From assembly GCA_963699755.1 (NCBI GenBank), contig CAVOVB010000001.1:1824001-1888000 (forward strand): a DNA stretch of 64,000 nt, written 5' to 3'. Both the position numbers and the translations under genes were made by a program. This document shows positions 38,144 to 50,304 of the stretch, piece after piece. Below the pieces are notes generated by a model. It had not been told where the DNA came from and ran no database searches. It was given only the letters and a program-made list of their open reading frames with translations. The stretch's first letter is position 1; each line of letters begins with the position of its first letter. The DNA is from an uncultured delta proteobacterium. GTDB taxonomy: Bacteria > Myxococcota_A > Polyangia > Polyangiales > Houyiibacteriaceae.

Positions 38144-40387
38144 ATGCCTATCTCGAACGAACTGTACACCTGTCCCATGCATCCGGAGGTCCGACAAGAT
38201 CACAGCGGGTCCTGCCCGACCTGCGGAATGGCGCTCGAACCCGTCGCGCCACCGCCACCACGAGCGCAGGTCGAGTGGACCTGCCCGATGCACCCGGAGA
38301 TCGTGAGGGTCGAGCCGGGAAGCTGCCCGATTTGCGGGATGGCGCTCGAGCCACGCGACGTCTCGGCAGATGACGATGCTGCGAACCCGGAGCTCGTCGA
38401 TATGACGCGCCGCTTTTGGGTGGCGGCCGCGTTCGCCATTCCGGTGGCTGTCATTGCGATGGGCGACCTGCTTCCCGGAGAGCCGATCTCACAGATCCTT
38501 ACCCCGAGGGCGCGGACTCTGTTGGAGCTTGCACTCGCAACACCCGTTTGCCTCTGGGCAGCCTGGCCTTTTTATGTTCGCTTCGCACAGTCGTTGAAAA
38601 ACAAGAGCCTGAACATGTTCACGCTGATCGGCTTGGGTGTGAGCGTTGCATATGGCTACAGCGTCGTCGCGGCGCTCGCGCCCCAAATCTTTCCCAAGTC
38701 GTTTCGAAACGAGGGTGGAGAAGTCGCGGTGTACTTCGAGGCGGCTGCGGTAATCGTCACGCTGATCTTGTTGGGGCAAGTTTTGGAGCTTCGCGCGCGT
38801 GGTCAGACGGGGGCCGCAATCAAGAAGCTCCTCGGCCTCGCGGCAAAAACGGCGCGACGCATTCGCGAGGACGGAAGTGACGAGGACGTACCGTTGGAGC
38901 ACGTTCATGCTGGGGATCGCTTGCGTGTGCGCCCTGGTGAGAAAGTGCCAGTCGACGGGGTCGTTCTTGAAGGGGCAAGCTCCATCGACGAGTCGATGGT
39001 GACTGGCGAGCCGATTCCCATCGAGAAGCACGAGGGAGATCAGGTCATTGGAGCAACGATCAATGGTACCGGAATGCTCATCATACGGGCCGAAAAGGTT
39101 GGCTCGGATACGCTTTTGTCCCGGATCGTCGCGATGGTCGCCGAAGCGCAACGAAGCCGGGCTCCGATTCAGAAGCTTGCGGACGTGGTGTCCGGCTACT
39201 TCGTGCCGATCGTAATCAGTGTAGCCATCGTGACGTTCGCGATTTGGGGGCTGGTCGGCCCGGAGCCACGCATGGCGCATGGTTTGATCAACGCGGTTGC
39301 CGTCCTCATCATCGCGTGCCCTTGTGCGCTCGGCCTGGCGACCCCGATGTCGATCATGGTCGCCATGGGCAAAGGGGCGAGTGTCGGCGTTCTCTTCAAG
39401 GATGCCGAAGCGATCGAAGTCTTGCGCAAAGTAGACACCCTCGTCGTGGACAAGACGGGAACGCTCACGGCGGGCCGACCCGCGCTGGTGATCGTGGAGA
39501 CGGCCCCTGGGTTCGACGCGACCGAGCTGCTCAGCGCTGCATCCGGTCTCGAGCGTGCAAGCGAGCATCCCTTGGCGGAAGCGATCGTGGCCGGTGCTCT
39601 AGAACGAGGTGTTTCCATACCGCATGCGGAATCGTTCGAGTCGATCACGGGTCAGGGCGTGCTCGGCCGTGTTGCGGCCCGTGACGTGGCGCTTGGGAAT
39701 CTCAAGCTGCTCGAAGGACTCGGCCTATCCGCGGGTGCGCAGGCTCGCCGGGCAGACGAGTTACGCGGCCAAGGGCAAACCGTCATGTTCGTCGTGGTCG
39801 ATGGAGCGGTCGTCGGGATTCTCGGCGTGGCCGACCCCATCAAAGACAATACGCCAGACGCCATTGCCGCCTTGCATGCGGAGGGGGTGCGCGTCGTGAT
39901 GCTCACTGGCGACAACCGCAAGACCGCCGACGCAGTCGCCGCGAAGCTGTCGATCGACGAGGTGATCGCCGAGGTGCTGCCCGATCAAAAGGCAGAGGTC
40001 ATCAAGCGCCTGCAGGACGGCGGAAGCGTCGTGGCGATGGCGGGCGACGGGATCAACGACGCCCCGGCGCTAGCGCAGGCGCATGTCGGAATCGCCATGG
40101 GCACCGGCACCGACGTGGCGATGGAGAGCGCCGGCGTAACTCTGGTCAAAGGCGACCTGCGCGGAATCGTTCGTGCCCGAAAGCTCAGTCGGGCGACGAT
40201 GGCCAACATCAAACAGAACCTGTTCTTTGCCTTCGTCTACAACAGCTTGGGGGTGCCAATTGCTGCTGGCGTGGCCTATCCGGTGTTCGGCCTCCTTCTC
40301 AGCCCGATGATCGCGGCGGGAGCGATGAGCTTCAGCTCCGTGTCCGTGATCGCGAACTCGTTGCGTCTGCGCCGCTTGCAGATCTAA
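38144..40387 (+). CDS. copA: Copper-translocating P1B-type ATPase
   Basis: Two (Y/W)TCPMHP..CPxCGM domains, TGE, CPC, DKTGT, SEHP, GDGIND, YN and MSFSS. Confidence 0.95.
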   Translation: MPISNELYTCPMHPEVRQDHSGSCPTCGMALEPVAPPPPRAQVEWTCPMHPEIVRVEPGSCPICGMALEPRDVSADDDAANPELVDMTRRFWVAAAFAIPVAVIAMGDLLPGEPISQILTPRARTLLELALATPVCLWAAWPFYVRFAQSLKNKSLNMFTLIGLGVSVAYGYSVVAALAPQIFPKSFRNEGGEVAVYFEAAAVIVTLILLGQVLELRARGQTGAAIKKLLGLAAKTARRIREDGSDEDVPLEHVHAGDRLRVRPGEKVPVDGVVLEGASSIDESMVTGEPIPIEKHEGDQVIGATINGTGMLIIRAEKVGSDTLLSRIVAMVAEAQRSRAPIQKLADVVSGYFVPIVISVAIVTFAIWGLVGPEPRMAHGLINAVAVLIIACPCALGLATPMSIMVAMGKGASVGVLFKDAEAIEVLRKVDTLVVDKTGTLTAGRPALVIVETAPGFDATELLSAASGLERASEHPLAEAIVAGALERGVSIPHAESFESITGQGVLGRVAARDVALGNLKLLEGLGLSAGAQARRADELRGQGQTVMFVVVDGAVVGILGVADPIKDNTPDAIAALHAEGVRVVMLTGDNRKTADAVAAKLSIDEVIAEVLPDQKAEVIKRLQDGGSVVAMAGDGINDAPALAQAHVGIAMGTGTDVAMESAGVTLVKGDLRGIVRARKLSRATMANIKQNLFFAFVYNSLGVPIAAGVAYPVFGLLLSPMIAAGAMSFSSVSVIANSLRLRRLQI

Positions 40388-40500
40388 CGTACGGCTCGAC
40401 CTCGCTCGTTACGCGAAGGTGATCACACTGGCATGCGCGAGCCTCGCAGCGCGATCACGTCGTTGTGGGAGCTCGGTGGAACCCGGCGCAGCGCCGCGTC

Positions 40501-40815
40501 CTACCAGTGAATCCCGTGCATGATGTGTGCGAAGGCCACTGCTTCGGGCCCCGGCGGTCGGTGATCGCCTTCCTCGCCCTTCTTTGGCGAATCCGGGAAT
40601 CGAACGGCTGAAGGCATCGAGGGCGGCCTTGCTCGCGACGTAGGCGCTGAACCGTGGCGCATTGGCTTGAACACCGATGCTAGAGATGGTGACGATTTGG
40701 CCGCCTTTGCGCTCACGCATGGTCGGCAAGAGGCCCAAGATGAGCTTGAGCGAGCCGAAGTAGTTGAGCTCCATCGTTCGCTCGAAGTCGTGATAGCGGT
40801 CGTACGAATGGGACA
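40501..40815 (-). pseudogene. Fragment of fatty acyl-CoA reductase-like SDR (5' truncated, internal deletion)
   Basis: SYDRYHDFERTMELNYFG..PRFSAYVASKAALDAFSR jumps to terminal ..PGPEAVAFAHIMHGIHW in another frame; no Rossmann N-terminus. Confidence 0.7.
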
Positions 40816-40887
40816 CCCCCCGACGGCAACACGGGACGCGATAAAAAACATGGCTTTGCGGCGCTATTGAAGGTAGGGAACGGTCAG

Positions 40888-41499
40888 ATGCACCCTAGGC
40901 TCGAAGCCTACATCAGCCGCGCGCTGCCGCATATCGATGAGGTTGTTGACGAGCGGAAGCGCGCGCTACGAGAAGTCTCCGCGTTCGTTGCGGCCAAGCA
41001 TCGGGCAGGGCAAGTCGCCGAGCTGACGTTCGTCTGTACGCACAACTCCCGGCGGAGCCAGATGGGGCAACTTTGGGCCGCGGCGGCCGCCGCGCACTTT
41101 GGAATAGAGCATGTGCGCACGTACTCGGGTGGCAACGAAGCAACGGCGTTCAACCCGCGCGCAGCGGCCGCGATGCAGCGCGCGGGTTTCATCATCGAGA
41201 ACCCGGGAGGCGACAATCCGTGCTACCAGGTGACGTTCGACGAAGAGGGTCCGGTCATCGAATGCTTCTCGAAGATCTATGATGACCCTGTCAATCCCGC
41301 GACCGGCTTCGCGGCCATCATGACCTGCTCCGATGCGGACGAGGCCTGTCCCGTGATCAAGGGCGCGGCCCTTCGCGCGCCGATTCGTTACGATGACCCC
41401 AAAGTCGCCGACGGAACGCCGGACGAGGCGTTGGCCTATGATGCGCGTTGCCTGCAGATCGCGACGGAGATGCTCTACGTATTCGCGCGGGTCGCCTAG
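40888..41499 (+). CDS. Low-molecular-weight phosphatase/arsenate reductase-like protein
   Basis: FVCTHNSRRSQ P-loop, MTCSDADEACP, YDDPK; close to acr3. Confidence 0.82.
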   Translation: MHPRLEAYISRALPHIDEVVDERKRALREVSAFVAAKHRAGQVAELTFVCTHNSRRSQMGQLWAAAAAAHFGIEHVRTYSGGNEATAFNPRAAAAMQRAGFIIENPGGDNPCYQVTFDEEGPVIECFSKIYDDPVNPATGFAAIMTCSDADEACPVIKGAALRAPIRYDDPKVADGTPDEALAYDARCLQIATEMLYVFARVA

Positions 41500-42371
41500 C
41501 GGACGATGACGGAGCTGGGTTCGGGCGGGGCAGCCAGCACGTCTCGGTTCGACTTTGGCTGCCGTCCGTCGGCCTCGGAGATCCCATACTCCCGTGCAAG
41601 CTCCGCGACGATGAGAACGCGGCCCGAGCGCTCCATCCGCCTCTCGTCGCAATGCAGTGCCTCGATGACGCGGCCGATCAGATTGGGACTCTCCGCGTTG
41701 GCGAGAAACTTTCCATACGGGCCCTTCATGGCATCGGGATGCTGAAAGAGCGGCTCGTTCCGCTCGGTTCGAACGAAACCCAGCCACAGGCTCATGGCGG
41801 CCACGTCGTGATCGCGAAAGTCGACGGCCATGTCCATCGCCATCTTGTCGACTCCTGCTTTGCCCGCACCGTAAGCGGGGCCATGCATGTAGCAGCGCCC
41901 ACCGTAGCTCGAGGTGAACACGACGAGGCCACCTCCGGTTCGAAGCAGGATCGGCGCAGCAAAATAGCTGGCGACGTAGTGTGAGCGTTGCCCCACGTCG
42001 AGAATGCGCAAAAGGTCGAGGGACTTCTCCCAAAACGGACCGGGCTTGGCGAGCTCCCTCGGCACCGCGGTCGCGTTGTTGACCAGGATGTCGAGGCGCC
42101 CCTGCTCGTCGCCGACGCGTGCGAACAACTGGCGAACCTGCTCGTCGTCGGAGTGGTCGCAAGTGACGGCGATGCCTCGGCCGCCAGCCTCGGTGACCGC
42201 CGAAGCCGTGGCCTGCACCGTCCCGCCCAGCGGATGCTCCTTGCCGCTTTTCTGGCTCCGTCCGCTGACGTACACCGTGACACCTGAAGCACCGAGGGCG
42301 ATGGCAATTCCCTTCCCGACGCCGCGGCTTGCACCGGTGATGACGGCGACTCTCTCGTGGCTCCCGTTCAT
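41496..42371 (-). CDS. SDR family oxidoreductase (DHRS1-like)
   Basis: TGASRGVGKG, LVNNA, YGAGK, AESP. Confidence 0.85.
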   Translation of the reverse strand: MNGSHERVAVITGASRGVGKGIAIALGASGVTVYVSGRSQKSGKEHPLGGTVQATASAVTEAGGRGIAVTCDHSDDEQVRQLFARVGDEQGRLDILVNNATAVPRELAKPGPFWEKSLDLLRILDVGQRSHYVASYFAAPILLRTGGGLVVFTSSYGGRCYMHGPAYGAGKAGVDKMAMDMAVDFRDHDVAAMSLWLGFVRTERNEPLFQHPDAMKGPYGKFLANAESPNLIGRVIEALHCDERRMERSGRVLIVAELAREYGISEADGRQPKSNRDVLAAPPEPSSVIVR

Positions 42372-42375
42372 GGCG

Positions 42376-43437
42376 CTATGCTTCTAGCACGGCGGGGGGA
42401 GCGAAGTATCTCTTCCGAATCCCGAGGGCGACGCTGACCAGGGCGATCATGACCGGCACCTCGACCAAGGGGCCGATGACCGCCGCAAAGGCGGCTCCGT
42501 GATGAATGCCAAAGGTCGCGACGGCAACCGCGATCGCGAGCTCGAAGTTGTTCGAGGCAGCCGTGAAAGACAGCGTCGTCGCCACCGGGTAGTCGGCCCC
42601 TGCAGCCTTCGAGAGCCAGAACGAGATGAAGAACATGGCCACGAAGTAGATGAGAAGCGGTATGGCGATGCGAACCACGTCGAACGGTAGGGCGACGATC
42701 GTGTCTCCCTTGAGCGAGAACATGACGACGATCGTGAAGAGAAGGGCGACTAGCGTGATCGGACCGATGCGCGGCGCAAAGGACTCGTCGTACCAGTCGC
42801 GTCCCTTCGCCTTGATGAGCCCTGTTCGTGTCAGGAAGCCAGCAGCGAAGGGGATGCCGAGATAGATCGCGACGCTCTTGGCGATTTCGGTGATCGTGAT
42901 GTCGACGACCACTCCTTCGAGGCCCAGCTGTGCCGGCAGCCAGGTGACGAAGAACCATGCATAGACCGAGAAGAACAGAATCTGAAAGATCGAATTGAAA
43001 GCGACCAATCCTGCTGCGAATTCGCGGTCTCCGAGCGCGAGATCATTCCAGACGATGACCATGGCGATGCAGCGTGCCAGCCCGATGATGATCAGCCCGA
43101 CCATGTACTCCGGCTTGTCGGGCAACAATGTGACCGCCAAGGCAAACATGAGCACTGGGCCGATGACCCAGTTCTGAATCAGCGACAGCGTCAGGACCTT
43201 CTTGTTGGTGAAGACGCGCCCCATCTCCTCGTACCGGACTTTCGCGAGGGGCGGGTACATCATTAGAATCAAGCCCACCGCGATTGGGATGGACGTCGTA
43301 CCGATGCTCATGGCGTTCAGCGCATCGGCAAATCCCGGTACGAGGTAGCCCAGGCCAATGCCGAGCGCCATGGCGACGAAGATCCACAGCGTCAGGTAAC
43401 GGTCGAGAAATGAAAGGCGGCGCTGCTGGCTGGTCAT
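42376..43437 (-). CDS. acr3: ACR3 family arsenite efflux transporter
   Basis: [51 protein letters not shown]. Confidence 0.95.
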   Translation of the reverse strand: MTSQQRRLSFLDRYLTLWIFVAMALGIGLGYLVPGFADALNAMSIGTTSIPIAVGLILMMYPPLAKVRYEEMGRVFTNKKVLTLSLIQNWVIGPVLMFALAVTLLPDKPEYMVGLIIIGLARCIAMVIVWNDLALGDREFAAGLVAFNSIFQILFFSVYAWFFVTWLPAQLGLEGVVVDITITEIAKSVAIYLGIPFAAGFLTRTGLIKAKGRDWYDESFAPRIGPITLVALLFTIVVMFSLKGDTIVALPFDVVRIAIPLLIYFVAMFFISFWLSKAAGADYPVATTLSFTAASNNFELAIAVAVATFGIHHGAAFAAVIGPLVEVPVMIALVSVALGIRKRYFAPPAVLEA

Positions 43438-43490
43438 CGTGTTGCGCTTTGCGTGGCAGGTGGCGGGAGCCTTCCATATACTCCGCGGCA

Positions 43491-44246
43491 ATGAAAGCCG
43501 AACGGCATGAGCGCCAACCCAGCCATTATCTGATTCAGGGCCGCAACGTGACGATGCCATGTGTCGTTCGGGATGCATGCTCTGCGACGGCGACTTGGCT
43601 CGTCAGCGCGCAGGCGGCCCAGGCGCTGCTCCCCGGGCCCGAGCTCGAGATCGCCCAAGTGCTCCCAGGGCGCGGGCTGCTCAGCATCGCGTGCATCGAC
43701 TACCGCGACAATGACCTAGGCGACTACAATGAGGTTTCGATTGCGTTCTTCGTTCGCAAGCGTGGTGATCGCAAGGGCGTTCCGTTCATGGGCGCGGGAA
43801 TCGACATGATTCGGGGGGTTCTCCCAACGCACATCATTCATCTTCCGGTGAATCAGTCCTTCACCTGCGAGGCCGGGCAAACGATTTGGGGGTTTCCCAA
43901 GACGGTCGATGAAATCGATTTCGACACGAGCGGCGACCGCGCCCGATGCGTGTGGAACAAGGACGGGCAAAACGTGCTGAAGATCAGTTTCCCGATCGGC
44001 GGAAATCGCGCCTTTCCTGAGCAGGAGCTTTGCACCTACAGCTACATCGACGGGACGCTGCATCGGACGCCGTTCATATCGAGCGCTGAAAATCTCGGCG
44101 TTCGGCTTGGCGGCGTGAAAATGGCGCTGGGTGCACACCCAATCGCGGACGAGCTGCGTTCGCTCGGTCTTCCGAAGCCAGCACTGATGAGCTTGTGGAT
44201 GGGAAAGATGAGAGGCCGGTTCGAGGCTGCCGAGAGGTGTGCCTGA
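43491..44246 (+). CDS. Acetoacetate decarboxylase family protein
   Basis: [18 protein letters not shown] motif. Confidence 0.75.
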   Translation: MKAERHERQPSHYLIQGRNVTMPCVVRDACSATATWLVSAQAAQALLPGPELEIAQVLPGRGLLSIACIDYRDNDLGDYNEVSIAFFVRKRGDRKGVPFMGAGIDMIRGVLPTHIIHLPVNQSFTCEAGQTIWGFPKTVDEIDFDTSGDRARCVWNKDGQNVLKISFPIGGNRAFPEQELCTYSYIDGTLHRTPFISSAENLGVRLGGVKMALGAHPIADELRSLGLPKPALMSLWMGKMRGRFEAAERCA

Positions 44247-44265
44247 GGCACAAAGGGAGAAACGC

Positions 44266-45375
<1,110 letters not shown>

Positions 45376-45376
45376 A

Positions 45377-46060
45377 GTGAGCGACGCATCCGAGATTTTC
45401 GTTCATCAGTTCGAGCTCGGTCCCTGGGACAATTTCATCTATTTCATCGGCGACAAGGCGACTCGGACGTGTGCGGTGGTCGACCCGGCATGGGACGCCG
45501 ATTTCATTCTCGCCGAGGCCACGCGGCTCGACGTCGAGATCAGCAACATTCTCTGCACTCACAGTCACTTCGACCACGTGAATCGCGTGGACGAAATTCT
45601 CGAGAAGCGAGACGTGCCGGTGCACATGCTCGGTGAAGAAATCGACTTCTCAGGGTTTCGCTGCGAGAACCTGCATCGTCACCGTCCGGGCGACATCCTG
45701 CGGATCGGCGACCATCTCGAGGTCACGATGGTGCATACGCCTGGTCACACGCCGGGTTCGACCACGTTTCGCCTTCGGGACGCCATCGTCACCGGCGACA
45801 CACTTTTCATCCAAGGCTGCGGACGCTGCGACTTCGTCGGCGGCGACCCGGAGGTCATGTACCAAACGCTCAAGTGCCTCACCGAAGCACTCCCCAGAGA
45901 CACCCGCATGTACCCGGGCCACAACTATGGCCCCGTCACGGTCTCGACCCTCGACGAAGAGCTCAAAGAAAACCCCTATCTCCAACACCAGACCCTAGAA
46001 GCCTTCGTCTCCCACCGAATGGAAGGCAAAACCCCCGGCACGCAACTGCCGCAGCCATAG
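45377..46060 (+). CDS. Metallo-beta-lactamase-fold hydrolase, glyoxalase II-like
   Basis: THSHFDH, HTPGHT, TGDTLF..GCGR, PGHNY. Confidence 0.85.
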   Translation: MSDASEIFVHQFELGPWDNFIYFIGDKATRTCAVVDPAWDADFILAEATRLDVEISNILCTHSHFDHVNRVDEILEKRDVPVHMLGEEIDFSGFRCENLHRHRPGDILRIGDHLEVTMVHTPGHTPGSTTFRLRDAIVTGDTLFIQGCGRCDFVGGDPEVMYQTLKCLTEALPRDTRMYPGHNYGPVTVSTLDEELKENPYLQHQTLEAFVSHRMEGKTPGTQLPQP

Positions 46061-46103
46061 GGACATTGCGTTCGAGGGCAGGGTCAGGGCTCAGGGTCGG
46101 TCC

Positions 46104-46656
46104 CTAGCGTGTCCCCTTTTGGCGGGCGCGGGTGAGGCCGGTGGATACGTATTGGATGGTGCTGATGGTGATCGTCGCTAGGATGGCGACGCCGAGGAGC
46201 TGCAGTACGAGCATGGGGGGCTGGCCGCGCCAGGCGTGGCTGATCGTGAACAGGACGAAGAGGATCTGGAGGACGGTGTTGAGCTTGCTTGCGCCGGTGG
46301 GTTCGCCGTGGATGGGCGCGACGGAGAGTTGGTAGACGATTGTTCCTGTGATGATGATGAGGTCGCGACCGATGACGATCGCGGAGAACCAGATCGGCAC
46401 CAGTCCTATCCACGCGAGGGTGACAAATGCGGCGAACATGAGAAGTTTGTCTGCAGCCGGGTCGAGCAGGCCCCCTAGTCGAGTGCGCCAGTCGAAACGT
46501 CGGGCCAAAAATCCATCCAGAGCGTCGGAGAAGCCCGGCGAGCAGGATCAAACCCAAGGCGAGTCCATAGCGCCGCTGCAAGAGGCTCCAGACGATCGGC
46601 GCTACCAAGATGATGCGCACGATGCAAATCATGTTGGGGATGTACTTGAGCTTCAC
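46104..46656 (-). CDS. CDP-alcohol phosphatidyltransferase (PgsA/cardiolipin synthase-like), frameshift ~46530
   Basis: IPNMIC.R; SDALDG..AR..TRLGGLLDPAADK, IGRD. Confidence 0.82.
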
Positions 46657-46673
46657 GGGGGATCCGGTCGGAG

Positions 46674-47505
46674 CTATTTGGCGGTGAACTTGGAGTATCC
46701 GACGGTGACTCGCTGGTACGTGGACGGGAGCAGCCGCACCATCCAGTCGAAGATCGCGCGTCCGGGCCGACCAGGACTCGTCGTTGGTTGCGTCGCACGC
46801 GCGTCGAGGATGACCCGCGCCGCCTTGTCGGGGCCAGTAATGAATGCTTTCTCGAACTTCTCCGTGGTGTCCACGTCATTGATACCAAGATCCCGGATGC
46901 TGCTGTCGACCCGCGCGGCACGGGCGATTCCGGTCTTGATGCCGCCGGGATGGACGCTCGTCGCGCTGACGCCACAGTCCATCATGTCGAGCTCCTGCCT
47001 CAGCGATTCGGTGAAGCCGCGCACGGCAAATTTCGCGGCGTTGTACGCGCTCTGGCTCGGGATCCCCGCCAGGCCGAACACGCTCGAGATGTTGATCACG
47101 TGACCCTCGCCCGACGCCTTGAGATGCGGCAAAAAGGCCTTGGTGCCGTCGACGACACCCCAGAAGTTGATGTTCATCAACCATTCGAAATCTTCGTAGC
47201 GCATGGCCTCGACGGTGCTTGCCAGTGCGACGCCGGCGTTGTTGAAGATGAGGTTGGCCTTGCCGTGCTCGTCCACCTCCTTGTCGCCCAGGCATAGACC
47301 GCCTCACGATCGGCGACGTCCACCCTCTGAGACGTCACGTGAACGCCGAGCCTTCGCACTTGCTCGACGGTGTCAAGCAATCCTTCCTCGTTCACGTCGG
47401 ATAGCGCGACGTCGCATTTGTGGCGCCCGGCTCCATGGCGAGCGCGCGGCCGATGCCAGAGCCGGCGCCTGTGATGGCGGCCACCTTGTTTTCGAAGCTT
47501 TTCAC
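46674..47505 (-). CDS. SDR family oxidoreductase (several frameshifts)
   Basis: KVAAITGAGSGIGRALA, FNNAGV, NINFWGVV, AYNAAK, HPGGIKT across three frames. Confidence 0.8.
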
Positions 47506-47632
47506 GACTAACCCTCTCCCCGGAAGCAGCGACCCTGCCAGACGGGATTCGCGCCGTCGACCACTCGGAATCTCCGGCCAGACGGGCTGCGATTGCTGGC
47601 ATACTGGCACGAGAAGAGGCCCTGGAGGAACC

Positions 47633-47932
47633 TTGCCGAACGCGTACATTTCTGGAACCGGCTTCTACGTGCCTGACGACGTTGTCAGCAACGACGATCT
47701 CTCGAAACGCTACGGGATCGACACCAGCCACGAATGGATCGAGAAGCGCACGGGCATCGCAGCGCGCCGTTTCGCACCCGAGGGGGTCGGCACGTCGGAT
47801 CTAGCGGTTCCCGCCGTCCAGATGGCGCTCGAACGAGCGGGGCTTGCGAAGACCGACATCGGGATGATCGTTTTTGCGACGCTGTCCCCAGACCACGCCT
47901 TTCCGGGGTCGGGGGTCTATCTTCAAACCAAG
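47633..47932 (+). pseudogene. N-terminal fragment of 3-oxoacyl-ACP synthase III (FabH-like)
   Basis: GGAGG RBS plus TTG; GTGFYVP, DTSHEWIEKRTGI, TSDLA, ATLSPD..FPG; breaks before the catalytic Cys. Confidence 0.75.
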
Positions 47933-48095
47933 GAACGTGTCGGGAGGCCCTGCGATCTCGCTGCCCCTGGGCCGTAGTGAGGATGGAATGCCTTTGGGCG
48001 TGCAGCTCGCATCGCCGCTCGGTGATGAACGAACGCTTCTCGAGCTGGCACTGGAGATCGAAGCGGCAGCGCCCTGGCCTCGGATTGGCGCCTAG
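47933..48095 (+). pseudogene. C-terminal fragment of an amidase-signature enzyme
   Basis: [37 protein letters not shown]. Confidence 0.7.
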
Positions 48096-49152
48096 CGTCC
48101 GAGCAGCTCGGCCAAGACAGCGGGGTCGTCGGTGATGATCGCGGTCGTGCCCTTGTCGAGCTGGGCCTGCATGAATTCGGTGGTATTCACCGTCCAAACG
48201 TTGACCTGTAGGCCGGCATCAAGCGCGGCTTGAACCGTCTCGGCCGTGATGGAGAAGAGCGGATGGATCGCGTCTTGCTCCAGGCGCAACGCCGTTTCGA
48301 CGAGTTCCAGGCCTGGATCGACGAGAGGAGGGCGGAGTAGTATCCGGGGCGCGCCGTCTTGACGAGCTCCGCGACGGTTTCATCGAACGAGGAGAAGATG
48401 GTTCGATTCTCTCCGCCGATGAGCGTGATTTCATCGAGGACAGCCGCAACCAACTGCTCGGGCCCGGTCGTATCGGTTAACAAGTCCTCCGAGCCGAAGA
48501 CCTTTAGCTCGACGTCCATGATTGCGTTCCCGCCGATGGCCGGCGTAGACCTCGGGCAACGTCGGCGGCCGTTCGTCGGTTACGGCGCCTGCGCCATCGA
48601 GCAAGCGACACGCTTGGATTCGTCGAAGGTCATTGCACTGACGCAGCCCTGTGCAATTTGCGGTTCCATTGAGCGTATCGTCGTGCATCACGATCTAGTC
48701 GTCCAAGGTGATCTCCACGTCGAGCGAGACGCCGTCGGCCCCTGCATCGATTGCCGCGACGAACGAAGAAATCGAAGTCCCCGGGAAAGGATGGCCCGCC
48801 CGCGTCGGCCCGGTGCCGCGATGACCGAGGTTGGCGGACGGCGTGGAGAAGCCCATTTGATCTCGCACCAAGTCTGCTGGGCGAGTTCTCGCATACAAAT
48901 TTCCTGTTGGTCCCACTCGGCTTCGCAGGCCGTGCTGTCACAGGCATTCTCGGTCGCGCAGGAGTACCAGGCGCGCGTTTCGTCGGTGCAGTTGACGTTG
49001 ATCGTTTGGTTGACCACACGCTCGCAGTTCGGGAATTCGGAGCACGCCGCGCAGCATGCGGTGGCCACGGGGTCGAAGGGGCAGCCCCCGACGATGAACC
49101 GCAACGGAACGCAAGGAGCAGCAACCCGACCCATTCCGCACGCACACGTCAT
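48092..49152 (-). CDS. Glycerophosphodiester phosphodiesterase with Cys-rich N-terminal domain (multiple frameshifts)
   Basis: GHRG, GADGVxLDV, HDDTL, VELK, FSSFD, VNVWTVN, IITDDP pieces; GGAGG RBS before ATG 49152. Confidence 0.65.
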
Positions 49153-49600
49153 CCGTACACCTCCACTCGGCACCAGGTTGCGAGGGTAACTGAGGACGGA
49201 GGGATTGTCCCGTGCATTTCGAGATCGGAGACGTGTACGTACCAGGGGGCCCGCGAGTCGTAGTACACGCTGAACTTGGGTTTGACTCCCGATCGCCGTC
49301 GAGCGCGCCAGCGCCTCGACCATGACCTTGCCATTCCTCGTTAGCCAGGGCATCGCCGAGCCACAGTCGGCACAAAAAGCCGTGGACCAATACTTCGCGT
49401 CTGGGCAGCTCGAATCGCCGGACCTTGTCTTCGCCCCGCTCCCAGTGGAACTGACCCACGGGGACGAAGATGTTGGCCACGTGCGAAGAGCCGGTCTTTT
49501 TCCGACATCGGCTGCAGTGGCAGTACTGAAACCCACGAAACGGGCCTTCGATGCGAAAGGCCACAGCTCCGCACACGCACGATCCGCAATCCCCATCCAT
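49149..49600 (-). CDS. GFA (CENP-V/glutathione-dependent formaldehyde-activating) family protein (frameshifted)
   Basis: GSCVCGAV, CHCSRCRK..GS, FCADCGS; 3' end uncertain. Confidence 0.78.
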
Positions 49601-49613
49601 GACAGTCACTCCT

Positions 49614-50151
49614 TCAGGGGCAAGAACTTGAGCTTCTGGCCTCCGATACTCGCTTCGGCCATGAGGCCGGCTGTCGGAAGGACTACGATCGCCATGCTGT
49701 CCGCGTACTTGGCCTTGGCCGCGGCTCCTTGGTCGGCCGCTTGGCAGTCGCCGGGCGCTCAGCTCCAGCCTGTTCTTTTTGAAGCGATTGAGCGCCGACT
49801 TGGTCTTGAATAGGATGATTCCTCGGCAAACTTCTGGCCGCCGATTTGCGCGCCGATGGTCCCTTGGGAGAGATGAGCGCGTCCGATGAGCTGCCCCCTG
49901 CGTAGACCTCACCGCGCCCCCCGGCGCCCCCCGACGATGAACCCGCCCTTGGCGACCTCGGGGAAGATTGCATAGCCGACGAGATTCTTGAGGCTAGCCT
50001 GGAAGGTTCTGTCTTTTTCGTGGAACCGTTCCATCGCATCCCGGACGTCGGCCGCTAGCTGCGCGTCGCTTTCGCTGTCCGCGGCAACCGGGGTGGCGGC
50101 TGTGAGGAGAACTAGCGAGAGGCCGAGGACGAGGAACGGTGAGGCTGGCAT
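49614..50151 (-). CDS. Ysc84/SYLF lipid-binding domain protein (frameshifted)
   Basis: Signal peptide; GYAIFPEVAKGGFIVGG, GEVY, EASIGGQKLKF. Confidence 0.72.
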
Positions 50152-50304
50152 GCGAAGATTTTGGACCAGACGTCGCGCTGGTCAGAAACCGCCAGCCGGA
50201 GTGCCAGGCGGGCCCTACGAAACCGGCTAGGATCCTCCATCCATGAGCGACCTTATACTTTGACTCTTTATTTTCCCCACCCAACTGACTACAAAGTCCC
50301 TCGT

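Noticed and set aside
30860..43437. Metal-resistance block as a mobile genomic island
   Set aside because: No integrase, transposase, tRNA or flanking direct repeats visible, and composition looks like the rest of the window
48688..49596. 302-aa ORF as a GFA/Cys-rich fusion protein
   Set aside because: Patchwork created by frameshifts; a separate GGAGG RBS and ATG exist at 49152
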